A stretch of DNA of 64,000 nucleotides, from assembly GCA_965140785.1 (NCBI GenBank), contig OZ223518.1, forward strand, positions 64,001 to 128,000, read 5' to 3'. The position numbers and the translations under genes were made by a program. This DNA comes from an uncultured Ruficoccus sp. GTDB lineage: Bacteria > Verrucomicrobiota > Verrucomicrobiia > Opitutales > Cerasicoccaceae. Positions 39,137 through 48,807 of the stretch are shown piece after piece. The notes beneath the pieces were generated by a model. That model saw only the letters and a program-made list of their open reading frames with translations, made no database searches and was not told the origin of the DNA. Every line of letters starts with the position of its first letter. The stretch's first letter is position 1.

Positions 39137-40438
39137 ATGGCCAGTCCCAGTTCACAGATGGAACCGCGGATGTCTGTCACTCAGGCATCGGCGCCGTTCC
39201 ATATCATGACGAAGCCCATGGGGCCGCTGTGCAACCTGGACTGCCAATACTGCTTCTATCTTGAAAAAGAGGGGCTGTTCCCCAGTAACGAGCGGTTCAA
39301 GATGCCGCCCGAGCTGCTGGAGGCCTACATCCGCGACTACATCGCGGCCCAGCCGGGCCAGACGGTGTCCTTCGCCTGGCAGGGCGGGGAGCCGACGCTG
39401 GCCGGGGTGGGCTTCTTCCGCAAAGTGGTCGAGCTGCAAAAAAAGTACGCCGCCGGTCGCCAGATCGAGAACGCCCTTCAGACCAACGGCACCCTGCTCA
39501 ATGACGAGTGGTGCGAGTTCCTGGCCGGGGAGGGCTTTCTGGTCGGGATCAGCATCGACGGGCCCGAGCGCCTGCACGACGCCGGGCGCGTGGACAAGCA
39601 GGGCCGCTCCAGCTACCGCCAGGTCATCCGCGGGATCGAAATGGCCCGCAAGCACAAGGTCGAGTTCAACACCCTGACCGTGGTCAGCAGCTCCAACGTG
39701 GGCGAACCGCTGGAGGTGTACAAGTTTCTGCGCAACATCGGCTCGACCTACATCCAGTTCATCCCGCTGGTCGAGCGTGCCGCCGACGAGGCCTCGGCCG
39801 AGCTTGGGCTCAGCCTGGGTATGCCGCCGGACTTCGACAACCCTCCGCCCGGCCCGGCCAAGCCGATCGTGACGAAGTGGACGGTCGATTCGCGCGGATG
39901 GGGCGAGTTCCTGTGCAAGATTTTTGACCGCTGGGTCACCCGCGACGTGGGCCGCACCTTCGTGCAGCAGTTCGATGTCTCGCTGGGCAAGTGGCTGGGC
40001 ATGCCGGGCGGCACCTGCGTGCTGGCCGAGACCTGTGGCAAGGCCTTTGCCCTGGAGCACAACGGCGACCTGTACGCCTGCGACCACTACGTCTATCCGC
40101 GCTATAAGCTGGGCAACATCCTCAACGCCTCCATCGCCGAGATGGCCGACAGTGCCGAGGCGCTCAAGTTCGGCAACGATAAGCGCGACAAGCTGCCGCA
40201 GTATTGCCGGGAGTGTGAGGTACGCTTCGCCTGCAACGGCGACTGCCCCAAGCACCGCTTTGCCTGGACACCGGACGGGGAGTTCGGCCTCAGCCACCTG
40301 TGCGCCGGCTACAAGCTCTTCTTCAACCACATCGACCCGGTGATGAAGGTCATGGCCGACCTCTACCGCCAGCGCCGCCCGGTCTCGGACATCATGCAGG
40401 TGGTGAAGAAACAGCCCGGTTTGTTGAAGAAGATTTAA
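39137..40438 (+). CDS. Anaerobic sulfatase maturase (radical SAM/SPASM)
   Basis: CNLDCQYCFY, WQGGEPTL, YACDHYVYP, C..C.....C.GDCPKHR. Confidence 0.93.
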   Translation: MASPSSQMEPRMSVTQASAPFHIMTKPMGPLCNLDCQYCFYLEKEGLFPSNERFKMPPELLEAYIRDYIAAQPGQTVSFAWQGGEPTLAGVGFFRKVVELQKKYAAGRQIENALQTNGTLLNDEWCEFLAGEGFLVGISIDGPERLHDAGRVDKQGRSSYRQVIRGIEMARKHKVEFNTLTVVSSSNVGEPLEVYKFLRNIGSTYIQFIPLVERAADEASAELGLSLGMPPDFDNPPPGPAKPIVTKWTVDSRGWGEFLCKIFDRWVTRDVGRTFVQQFDVSLGKWLGMPGGTCVLAETCGKAFALEHNGDLYACDHYVYPRYKLGNILNASIAEMADSAEALKFGNDKRDKLPQYCRECEVRFACNGDCPKHRFAWTPDGEFGLSHLCAGYKLFFNHIDPVMKVMADLYRQRRPVSDIMQVVKKQPGLLKKI

Positions 40439-40454
40439 GGGCTTAAAAAGGGAT

Positions 40455-40765
40455 TTAACAGGCAGGCCGGGAAGAGGCGGGAACTGCCCTTGGGCGTGTT
40501 GTCAAAATCCCCCTTCCGTGTGCCTGAGAGTTGTCATCCTGAGCAGCCTTGCTGAGAAGCCAAAACAATCTCTGCCTATAGACTCATTCTTTTTTAGAAG
40601 TGGTATTACTCAGGATGACAACAGAGAGAGAACGATGGCGGATAATGCTGTTGCGCATCATCGTTAAACCACGTCGTAACCGGCTGGGGCTTCTCTATAT
40701 CCGCCGCCAGACTCCAACGTTGCGGTTTGAGCCTTCCTTCCGCTCTTCCCGGCCTTCCTGTTATA
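40455..40765. repeat. Inverted arms enclosing a nested 13-bp inverted repeat
   Basis: taacaggcaggccgggaagaggcggg versus ccgctcttcccggccttcctgtta; inner ttgtcatcctgag (40531-40543) and ctcaggatgacaa (40609-40621). Confidence 0.8.
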
Positions 40766-40775
40766 AGGCTTAGAC

Positions 40776-41411
40776 TTAATTCTGCGAGGGACCGTGCGAG
40801 ATGTTGGTGTTGCTCTTGACGGTGGGGGGGCTTTTGTCCTCGTCTTTCTGGAGCACGGGCTGGCCGCTGACGGTGCCCGTCTTGAGCATCATAAAGCCGT
40901 CGTTTTGCAGTTCCTGGTAGCGGTTTTTCCAGTTCTCCAGCGTGTCGGCATGCGCCTTGCCGTAGGGCAGGTTGGCGATGGCATGGCACAGGTCCGAACA
41001 GTAGCCCAGGGACTGGAGCTGGGAGTAAACCATGATCACGCGCAGGTCCGCATCGGTCTCGAAGAGCAGTTCGCCGGTCGTTTCGGAGGAGGCTTGGGCG
41101 CGGGCCTTGACCTCTGCCGGAGGCAGGGAAAGGTTTTTCAGGTTCGTGACAGAGCCGTCCTGCTTCCAGGCTTCGAGCTGCGTGGTGACGGCTTTGTTGA
41201 AGGCGGCGATCTCCTTGACCCAGTCCGCAATTTCCTTCCCCGGTGTCTTGATCCACAGGAGCTTGTCCACATCCTGCTCCTGGCTGCTCACGTTGTAGAG
41301 AAGCGCGAAGCCCTCGGGCTGTTGGCCGGGCAAGGTGGTCGGCTGCTTTTTCTCGCAGCAACCGGAAAGGATGAAAAGGCTGGTGAGCAATAAGATCGAG
41401 GCGGATTTCAT
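40776..41411 (-). CDS. Lipoprotein, helical, function unknown
   Basis: Lipobox ILSGC. Confidence 0.7.
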   Translation of the reverse strand: MKSASILLLTSLFILSGCCEKKQPTTLPGQQPEGFALLYNVSSQEQDVDKLLWIKTPGKEIADWVKEIAAFNKAVTTQLEAWKQDGSVTNLKNLSLPPAEVKARAQASSETTGELLFETDADLRVIMVYSQLQSLGYCSDLCHAIANLPYGKAHADTLENWKNRYQELQNDGFMMLKTGTVSGQPVLQKDEDKSPPTVKSNTNISHGPSQN

Positions 41412-41471
41412 ATCAGGAATGCTAACCGGGGTTTGCACGATGACCAGAAATAAGTTTATTCCTAATCGCCC

Positions 41472-42494
41472 ATGTCCGAGTCATCCAAGTCCTGTTGCGC
41501 CCCCTCGGCCGCATCCGCTCCTGAATTACCCAACGTCAGCCTCCCGCTGGGTGATGGCTGTCGCACCGGGCAGGTCCCCGGTGCCGGGACCGCGGTCGAA
41601 ACCATTCGTGAGGCCCGTGACGGCTCCACCGAGGGGATGATAAAGCTGCCGGGCGGCACCTTCTGGATGGGCAACGAGGATGCGGACGCCTGGCCCGAGG
41701 ACGGCGAAGGGCCCGTGCGTGAGGTGACGGTCAGTCCCTTCTGGCTCGACATCACCGCCGTGACCAACGCGCAGTTCGCGGCCTTCGTCGAGGCCACCGG
41801 TTACAAGACCGAGTCGGAGCAGTACGGCTGGTCGTACGTTTTTGCCGGGCAACTACCGGCCTCGCGCCAGCGCAAGCTCAAGGCGCAGACCGTGCAGGGG
41901 CTCCAGTGGTGGGTGGCGGTCGAGGGTGCCTGCTGGCGCAAGCCCGAGGGTTCGGGCTCGAATATAAAAAAACGGCTCGACCACCCGGTCGTTCATGTCT
42001 CCTGGAACGACGCCACCGCCTATTGCCAGTGGGCGGGGAAGCGCCTCCCCACCGAGGCCGAGTGGGAGTACGCCGCCCGCGGCGGGCTCGACCGCAAGAA
42101 GTACTGCTGGGGCGACGATCTGACCCCGGACGGCAAGCACCGTTGCAACATCTGGCAGGGCACTTTCCCGGACAAAAACACCGCCGATGACGGCTACGCC
42201 TGGACCGCTCCGGCCAAGTCCTTTCGTGCCAACGGCTACGGCTTTTACAACATGGCGGGCAACATCTGGGAGTGGGTGGGGGACTGGTTCGACCCGCACT
42301 GGCACGCCCCCGCCCGGCCCGACACCCGAGAAAATCCCCGCGGCCCCCTCTCCGGCACGAACAAAGTCATGCGCGGCGGCTCCTTCCTCTGCCACGAGAG
42401 CTACTGCAACCGCTACCGCGTCGGCGCCCGCACCTCCAACGGCCCCGACACCGGCACCACCAACTGCGGCTTTCGCTGCGCGCGGGACGTGTAG
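41472..42494 (+). CDS. Formylglycine-generating enzyme (FGE/SUMF1)
   Basis: HPVVHVSWNDA, RLPTEAEWEYAARGG, RGGSFLCHESYCNRYR with both catalytic Cys. Confidence 0.92.
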   Translation: MSESSKSCCAPSAASAPELPNVSLPLGDGCRTGQVPGAGTAVETIREARDGSTEGMIKLPGGTFWMGNEDADAWPEDGEGPVREVTVSPFWLDITAVTNAQFAAFVEATGYKTESEQYGWSYVFAGQLPASRQRKLKAQTVQGLQWWVAVEGACWRKPEGSGSNIKKRLDHPVVHVSWNDATAYCQWAGKRLPTEAEWEYAARGGLDRKKYCWGDDLTPDGKHRCNIWQGTFPDKNTADDGYAWTAPAKSFRANGYGFYNMAGNIWEWVGDWFDPHWHAPARPDTRENPRGPLSGTNKVMRGGSFLCHESYCNRYRVGARTSNGPDTGTTNCGFRCARDV

Positions 42495-42543
42495 TGGGGG
42501 AGTGGATACGTTTTTTTCTGGGCTTGTGCCGCCCAGACCCGCC

Positions 42544-42609
42544 CCGGGTTGCACCCGGTGGCACTGAGGGGAAAAAATTCTCCTACGCGGCCAGAAAGGC
42601 CGCTAGCCC
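42544..42609 (-). repeat. REP-like three-hairpin element (copy downstream of FGE)
   Basis: Reverse complement reads tagcggcctttctggccgcgtagg...cccctc..tgcca.cgggtgcaacccg, matching 23847 and 51753. Confidence 0.75.
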
Positions 42610-42818
42610 TGATCGCTGATGGCCAAGTATCAAAACTGGGTCGCCATCTTGGGGAGACGTCGCCGCATGTGCTCGGCGTGAAAACTGGTGGGGCGAATCC
42701 TGTGTCAGGAGAGACGACAAAGTCGGTCCAACGTTTGGGCGTAGCCCGGACGTTGGACCGGGGGTGCAGGCTTTGCTTGCCGCAGGGTTTGGGGGCGCGG
42801 AGCCCCCAAGAACCAAAA

Positions 42819-44296
42819 TTACCCCAGCACCTTGGCGAGCATCTCCTGGATTTTACGGGGGTCGGCTTTGCCCTGGGTGGCTTTCATGATGGGGCCGATG
42901 AGGGAGTTGATGGCTTTCTTGTTGCCTTCTTTGTATTGCGAGATGGCCTTCTCGTGTTTGGGATCGGCGGCAACTTCGCGCACGATGCCTTCGAGTTCGT
43001 CGTCGTTGTCTTCGGTTTGCAGGCCCTTTTCCTCGACGATGGCGGCGGGCATTTTGCCGGAGGCGTACATCTCGCTAAAGACATCCTTACCGATCTGTTT
43101 GGTGATGACGCCGTCCCTCGATCAATAGGGTAAGCTCGGCGATATGGGCGGGGCGTGAGCTTGCACTCGCCCAGCGGGCAGGCGCCCCTCCTCGTCGCCA
43201 CCGGAGAGCTCGCGCAGCAGGTCGTTGGCGATGAGGTTGGCCACGGCCTTGGGGGCGACTTTGCCGCCGGTGTCTTCGAGGGCTTCCTCGAAAAAGTCGG
43301 CCAGCTCCTTGTCCGGGCACAGCACGGAGGTGAGCGTGTAGGGCAGGTCCATCTGGTCCATGAAGCGCCGTTGCCGGTCAAAGGGCAGTTCGGGCAATTC
43401 TTTGGCGAGAAGCATCGAGCTGCTTCTGCGCCGATGGTGACGGGCATGAGGTCGGGCTCGGGGAAATAGCGGTAGTCGTGGGACTCCTCCTTGTCACGCA
43501 TCTTGGTCGTGACCTGTGCGTGCTCGGGTCCCAGCGGCGCGTTTGCTGGTAAATGGTTTCGCCGGAAGTGACGGCGTGGATCTGGCGCTTAATCTCGTAG
43601 GCGACAGCGTTGCGTACGCCCGAGATGGTGTTCATGTTCTTGAGTTCGACTTTGACACCGAGTTCTTCCTGGCCCTTGGGACGGACGGAAATGTTGGCGT
43701 CGCAGCGCATCTGGCCCTTTTCCATGTCGCAGTCGGAGAGTCCGGCGGCGAGGATGTTGTTGCGCAGTGCGGTGAGGAAGGCGAAGACCTCGTCGGCGTT
43801 GTGCATGTCGGGCTCGGTCACGATCTCGCAAAGCGGGCGCACCGGCGCGGTTGTAGTCCACGAGGCTGTCGTTGGCGAAGTGGGTGAGCTTGCCCACGTC
43901 CTCCTCCAGGTGAATGCGCGTCAGCTCGACCATGCGGTGGTCGCCCATGACATTACGCGAAGCCCCGAGCATCTCGATCTCGACCTCACCGCCTTCGCAG
44001 ATGGGCTGGTCATACTGGGAGAGCTGGTAATTCTTCGGGCTGTCCGGATAGAAGTAGTTTTTGCGGTCCCACTTACAGCGCTCGGCGATCTTGCACTTGC
44101 ACAGCAGGCCGAGCAGGACGGTCTTGCGGACGGCTTCCTTGTTCATGACCGGGAGCACGCCGGGCAGGGCGAGCACGACGGGGTCGGTCAGGGTGTTCGG
44201 CTCGGCCCCGTAGTGGTACGGCGCGCGGGTGAACATTTTTGATTTCGTTTTGAGCTGGACGTGGACTTCCAGCCCGATGTCTGCGGTGAATTCCAT
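42819..44296 (-). CDS. gatB: Asp/Glu-tRNA amidotransferase subunit B, split by several indels
   Basis: [42 protein letters not shown] and GKADP occur in different frames. Confidence 0.93.
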
Positions 44297-44314
44297 GATG
44301 TAGAAAAGTGGTTA

Positions 44315-44344
44315 AACCACAGAGGGCACAGAGTGCACAGAGGG
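44315..44344. repeat. Solo 9-mer tandem arm (cacagag..)3 upstream of the gatB start
   Basis: aaccacagagggcacagagtgcacagaggg. Confidence 0.8.
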
Positions 44345-44345
44345 T

Positions 44346-44618
44346 TTATGAGGTGTGGCTGTTGTGATTCTCGTTATTATCTCTTCCAAAAGGGTTGGGT
44401 AGGTAATCATATATGTGTGCAGCCTCTACTAAGTGTGGCGTTGCGTGGTAAAGGATTGATGAAACAATTTCAGTGGCCTCTTGATTTGAATATGACTTGG
44501 GGTTGCTATATAGGAGGTAAAGCTTTTCTAGATCATCAATCCAATCGGTCATGTGGAAAAAAAAAGTCCGACTTTTTCTGATGTGTTGGTGTTTCTTTTG
44601 CTCCTCGATACACTTCAC
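44346..44618 (-). CDS. Hypothetical AT-rich ORF (possibly a fragment)
   Basis: Low-GC ORF between gatA and gatB. Confidence 0.35.
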   Translation of the reverse strand: MKCIEEQKKHQHIRKSRTFFFHMTDWIDDLEKLYLLYSNPKSYSNQEATEIVSSILYHATPHLVEAAHIYDYLPNPFGRDNNENHNSHTS

Positions 44619-44657
44619 CTAGCAGATTGAGAATGTCGTCTTTGTTATCCTGTAATT

Positions 44658-45017
44658 TCATCTGATTATTTTGCCATTAAACCTGTTTGTTTGTTTGTTT
44701 GTTCTTTCTTCAGTGTTTGTGTTCATCCATTTCGGAGGCTTGAACTCAACTTTACCCTTATTTCTCTTGATAACTTTAGTGAGCCGTGTGCCACAAAAAG
44801 GGCAATATTGAATAGCCTGACTCCCTCTAAGAGTTAGATTATAGCTAGGCACTTTCAACTCTCCTTTGTCTATCGCGTTTTCTGTGCCAACGTCCACTGC
44901 TCGAAATTCTACAATAAAATAAGCACGACCAGCGTCGATCTCCTCTCCACGAATGGAAAAGCCACGTTGATCGGGCATATCATGCCATTGTTTAAACCGT
45001 TCGCAACAAGCCTTCAT
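44658..45017 (-). CDS. Hypothetical AT-rich protein with CC and CPFCG (zinc-ribbon-like)
   Basis: MKACCERF...IQYCPFCGTRL. Confidence 0.6.
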   Translation of the reverse strand: MKACCERFKQWHDMPDQRGFSIRGEEIDAGRAYFIVEFRAVDVGTENAIDKGELKVPSYNLTLRGSQAIQYCPFCGTRLTKVIKRNKGKVEFKPPKWMNTNTEERTNKQTNRFNGKIIR

Positions 45018-45151
45018 GCGATTTAACTGTCTTCAGGTTTATTCTTTTAACTTCGCCGCCCGAAGAGGACTGATACGAATTGCGTCATTAACGAATCCTC
45101 CAACGCAGTCTATATGCCCAGTCGCAGTGCCTTAAGTTTTCATGTTTAAAT

Positions 45152-46628
45152 TTATGACAACTCCGCGACCGCGTCCTTCCACTCGTGGGCCTGTTCGTAG
45201 CGGTGGGCGACGGCGAGCAGCTCGTCTTCGGCGAAGGGCTTGCCGATCAGTTGGAGGCCGATGGGTAAGTTTAGCGGAGGTGAAGCCGCACGGGCACGGA
45301 GATGCCCGGCAGGCCGGCGAGGTTAACATTGATGGTGTAGATGTCGTTGAGGTACATCGACAGCGGGTCTTCCTTGGCCCCGAGCTTTAAAGGACGGGGT
45401 GGGAGTGGTCGGCGTGAGGATCGTGTCCCACCGATTTAAAGACGCTGCATGAACTCTTCGCGGATGAGGGTGCGGACCTTCTGGGCGCGCAGGTAGTAGG
45501 CGTCGTAGTAGCCGCTGGAGAGCACGTAGGTGCCGAGAATAATGCGGCGCTTGACCTCCTCGCCGAAGCCCTCGGCGCGGCTCTTGTAGTACAGGTCGAT
45601 GGCGTCAGCTTGGCATCCTTGGAGCGGTGGGTGTAGCGGATGCCGTCGTAGCGGGCGAGGTTCGAGGACGCCTCGGCCGTGGCCAGGATGTAATAGGTCG
45701 GGATGGCGTACTCGGTCATGGGCAGGGAAACTTCCTGCACGGTGTGGCCGTCCTTTTCGTAAAAGGCGATGGCGGCCTCGACGGCGGCCTTGATCTCGGG
45801 GTCGAGCCCCTCGGCGAAGCACTCCTTGGGGACGCCGATGGTCCATGGGCCTTCCTTTTCGGCGAGGGCGGTGCGGTAGTCGGGGATCTCGGCCTTGTAA
45901 GAGGTGGAGTCGCGGCGGTCGTGCCCGGCGATGGCCTGGAGCAGGAGCGCGGCGTCCTCGACCGTGCGGGCCAAAGGGCCCGATCTGGTCCAGTGAGGAG
46001 GCAAAGGCGGCCAGCCCGTAGCGCGAGACGAGACCGTAGGTCGGTTTCAAGCCGACCACACCGCAGAAGGCCGCCGGTTGGCGGATGGAGCCGCCGGTGT
46101 CGGAGCCGATGGACAGCGGGGATTCCAGGGCGGCTACCGCAGGCGGCGCTGCCGCCGGAGCTGCCGCCGGGCACGCAGTCGGTGTTCCACGGGTTACGGC
46201 TGGTCTGAAAGGCGGAGTTCTCCGTAGAGGAGCCCATGGCAAAACTCGTCCATGTTGAGCCGCCCCCAGAGGACCGCGCCCTGGGCTTTCAGCAAGCTCG
46301 GTCACGTGCGCGTCGTAGGGCGAGACAAAGTTCTCCAGCATGCGGCTGGAGCAGGTCAACGGCTGGTCCCTTGACCGCGAGGATGTCCTTGAGGGCGACG
46401 GGAATGCCGTCCAGGCGGGCCGTGGCATTCCTTGGCCTTGCGTCGCTCGTCACTGGCCTTGGCCTGGGCGAGGGTCCACTCGGCATCCCGCGAGTTGAAG
46501 GCCTTGACGCGGTCTTCCACCGCCTCGGTGCGGTCGATAAAAGCCTGTGCGACCTCGACGGCGGAGACGGCCTTGCTGGCGAGAGCGGCAGATAGCTCGG
46601 CGGCGGTCTTTTGAATTAAGTCACTCAT
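45152..46628 (-). CDS. gatA: Asp/Glu-tRNA amidotransferase subunit A, split by several indels
   Basis: [50 protein letters not shown] and LPIGLQLIG occur across frames. Confidence 0.93.
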
Positions 46629-46820
46629 GGAATCGGCAAATTTTAATAGTTAATCCCAAAGACGCAACGGGCAACCGGACTGCGAACGCGCCGGGCGTGG
46701 ACGGCTGAGCCGAAGAGGCGTCATGGGTTGTTTCTATAAAAGGGTGGAAAAGGTTTTGGGCTGAGTTTGTGGAGGTGACGCGTAGTCTATTGTTTTGAAG
46801 CGAGGTCCTGACGCGTCCAG

Positions 46821-46882
46821 GGGTAGCCGCCTTCCTGGCGGCGTAGGGGCGCAGCCCCTCAATCGGAGTGAACCGAGTTCAC
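46821..46882. repeat. REP-like three-hairpin element at the gatC stop
   Basis: gtag-ccgccttcctggcggc-gtaggggcgcagcccctc-aatcgga-gtgaaccgagttcac. Confidence 0.8.
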
Positions 46883-47172
46883 GCGTCCTCGACGACTTTG
46901 GGGACGACGATCTGGTTATCGCGCTGGGCGGGGGCGTTGCGGAGGGCCTGCTCGGCGGACAGGGCGGGGCCGGGCTCGTCGTCGTCGAGGACGTTCTCCA
47001 GGGCGAAGGCGTGGGCCATGGGCTCGACGCCGGAGACGTCCACCTGGTTGAGTTTATCCGCATGGGCGAGGATGTTCTCCAACTGCGTGGTGAAGGTCTG
47101 TTTCTCCTCCTCGGTGAGTTCGATCCGCGCCAGGCGCGCGACGTAGTCGATGTCTATCTTTTCAGACGGCAT
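46879..47172 (-). CDS. gatC: Asp/Glu-tRNA amidotransferase subunit C
   Basis: YVARLARIEL, GVEPM, ALRNAP, VVPKV. Confidence 0.93.
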   Translation of the reverse strand: MPSEKIDIDYVARLARIELTEEEKQTFTTQLENILAHADKLNQVDVSGVEPMAHAFALENVLDDDEPGPALSAEQALRNAPAQRDNQIVVPKVVEDA

Positions 47173-47308
47173 CCGGTCTTTCTAACACCCCTCGCCCAGA
47201 GGTCACGGAGATTTTTCGGGGGTTTTTTCGGGAAAAAGGATGGCCGGGCGGGAGCGCCGATGTCCTGATGCGCGATCGGGGAGGTATCGGGGGATAACCG
47301 CCCCCCCG

Positions 47309-48574
47309 TCAATGGTGCGCCATGTACAGGATCCAACCGGCGGCCATGAGCATGCTGGCCACGGTGACGGGAATGCCCGCGCGGGCGAATTCGCCGAAGG
47401 AAATCTTGATCCCGCAGGCGGCGGCCTGCTCGACCACAATGATCCCGGCCAGGCTGCCGAAGATGATGAGGTTGCTGGAGAAACCGGTGCCCAGGGCGAG
47501 GGCGGCCCCGAGCGCGTCGGCGCCCGGACCTGGGTGGAGGTAAGGCACCAGGAGCATGACGGTCGGGTTGTTGCCGACGATGTTGCTGAGGGTCCCGCCG
47601 ACCAGAAAGAGCGAGAAGGGGTGGTTGAGATTGACGCCGGCCGCCTTCATCCGCTCCAGCAGGTCCTGGGGGACGCCGGTGTTCGAGAAGGCGGCATTGA
47701 CTACGAACAGCCCCATGATGAGCAGCAGGAGGTTGCCGTCCACGTGCTTGAGCATGTCCTTGGACGAGGTGCGGCGGCTGATCAGCAGCATGCCCGCCGC
47801 GGCCAGTGCGATCAGTTCCCGCGGCCACGGGCTGGCGATGAACGCCGCGACAACGCCGACGGCCACGAGCCCGCCCTTAAGGGTCTCCCAGCGGTCAAAG
47901 AGCGGCGTGTCCGGCGAGGGGCTGGCGGGAATGTCCGATTCGGCGGACTTGGGCACGGCCCAGCGCCCCCGGTACATGTAGGCCAGGATGCTCCAGACCA
48001 GCGGCAGCGAAAGCAGCGCGGGCAGGGCGGCGACCTTGAGAAAGCCGTTGAAGGATAACCCGAGCCCCTGCGCGGCGATCATGTTCTGCGGGCTGCCAAT
48101 CAGGGTCCCGGCTGAGCCGGCGTTGGCCGCGAAACAGAACGCGAGCAGAAAGGGCACGGGATTGAGCCCGCGGGCCAGCGTCAAGGAGACCAGCAGCGGG
48201 GTCATGGCGACCACGACCACGTCGTTCGTCAGCAAAGAGGAGAGCAAGCCGCCGACGGCGACCAGGACGGCCAGCAGCACGGGCGGGCTCACAGGCAGGG
48301 CAGCCACGCGCTTGGCCGTCCAGGCGTAAAAGCCCGACACGGCGAAGGAGGCCGAGACGACCATGAGCCCGAAGAGCAGGCCGACGGTGCGGTAGTCGAT
48401 GGCGTCCCAGGCGGCCTTGGAGGTGATGCTCCCGATGACCATCATGGCCAGCGCCCCGACGATGGCGGCACCGGTGCGGTCCACCTTGAAGCCCGGCAGC
48501 GTCCCGAAGCCCATCGCCACATACACAAGCAGGAAGACGAGCAGGGTCAGGTCCGTCGTGCTGTTGTAGTGCAT
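47309..48574 (-). CDS. ArsB/NhaD/SLC13 (IT superfamily) permease
   Basis: DRTGAAIVG, LLTND, TLIGSPQNM, SNIVGNNP. Confidence 0.85.
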   Translation of the reverse strand: MHYNSTTDLTLLVFLLVYVAMGFGTLPGFKVDRTGAAIVGALAMMVIGSITSKAAWDAIDYRTVGLLFGLMVVSASFAVSGFYAWTAKRVAALPVSPPVLLAVLVAVGGLLSSLLTNDVVVVAMTPLLVSLTLARGLNPVPFLLAFCFAANAGSAGTLIGSPQNMIAAQGLGLSFNGFLKVAALPALLSLPLVWSILAYMYRGRWAVPKSAESDIPASPSPDTPLFDRWETLKGGLVAVGVVAAFIASPWPRELIALAAAGMLLISRRTSSKDMLKHVDGNLLLLIMGLFVVNAAFSNTGVPQDLLERMKAAGVNLNHPFSLFLVGGTLSNIVGNNPTVMLLVPYLHPGPGADALGAALALGTGFSSNLIIFGSLAGIIVVEQAAACGIKISFGEFARAGIPVTVASMLMAAGWILYMAHH

Positions 48575-48807
48575 GGGGAAGGGGAAGTTGATGAGGGCAG
48601 ACACAGCCCAATGGGATGCTGTAAATACTTTTATCGCCCCATGAGCGAAGGTCACGGAAAATTTTTTTGTTAGTTGCGTCGTGTTCCGGCTATTTTTGAG
48701 TGAGGCAACGGAGAGCAATGAACCATGATGTGCATGGGACTTGTGGCGTATTCAACAGCCAATACATTTAAAATATTTAATATTTATTTATGTTTCAATA
48801 AATCTTT

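Noticed and set aside
42819..46628. gatA/gatB as true pseudogenes or programmed frameshifts
   Set aside because: Many scattered indels with intact motifs fit sequencing error better.
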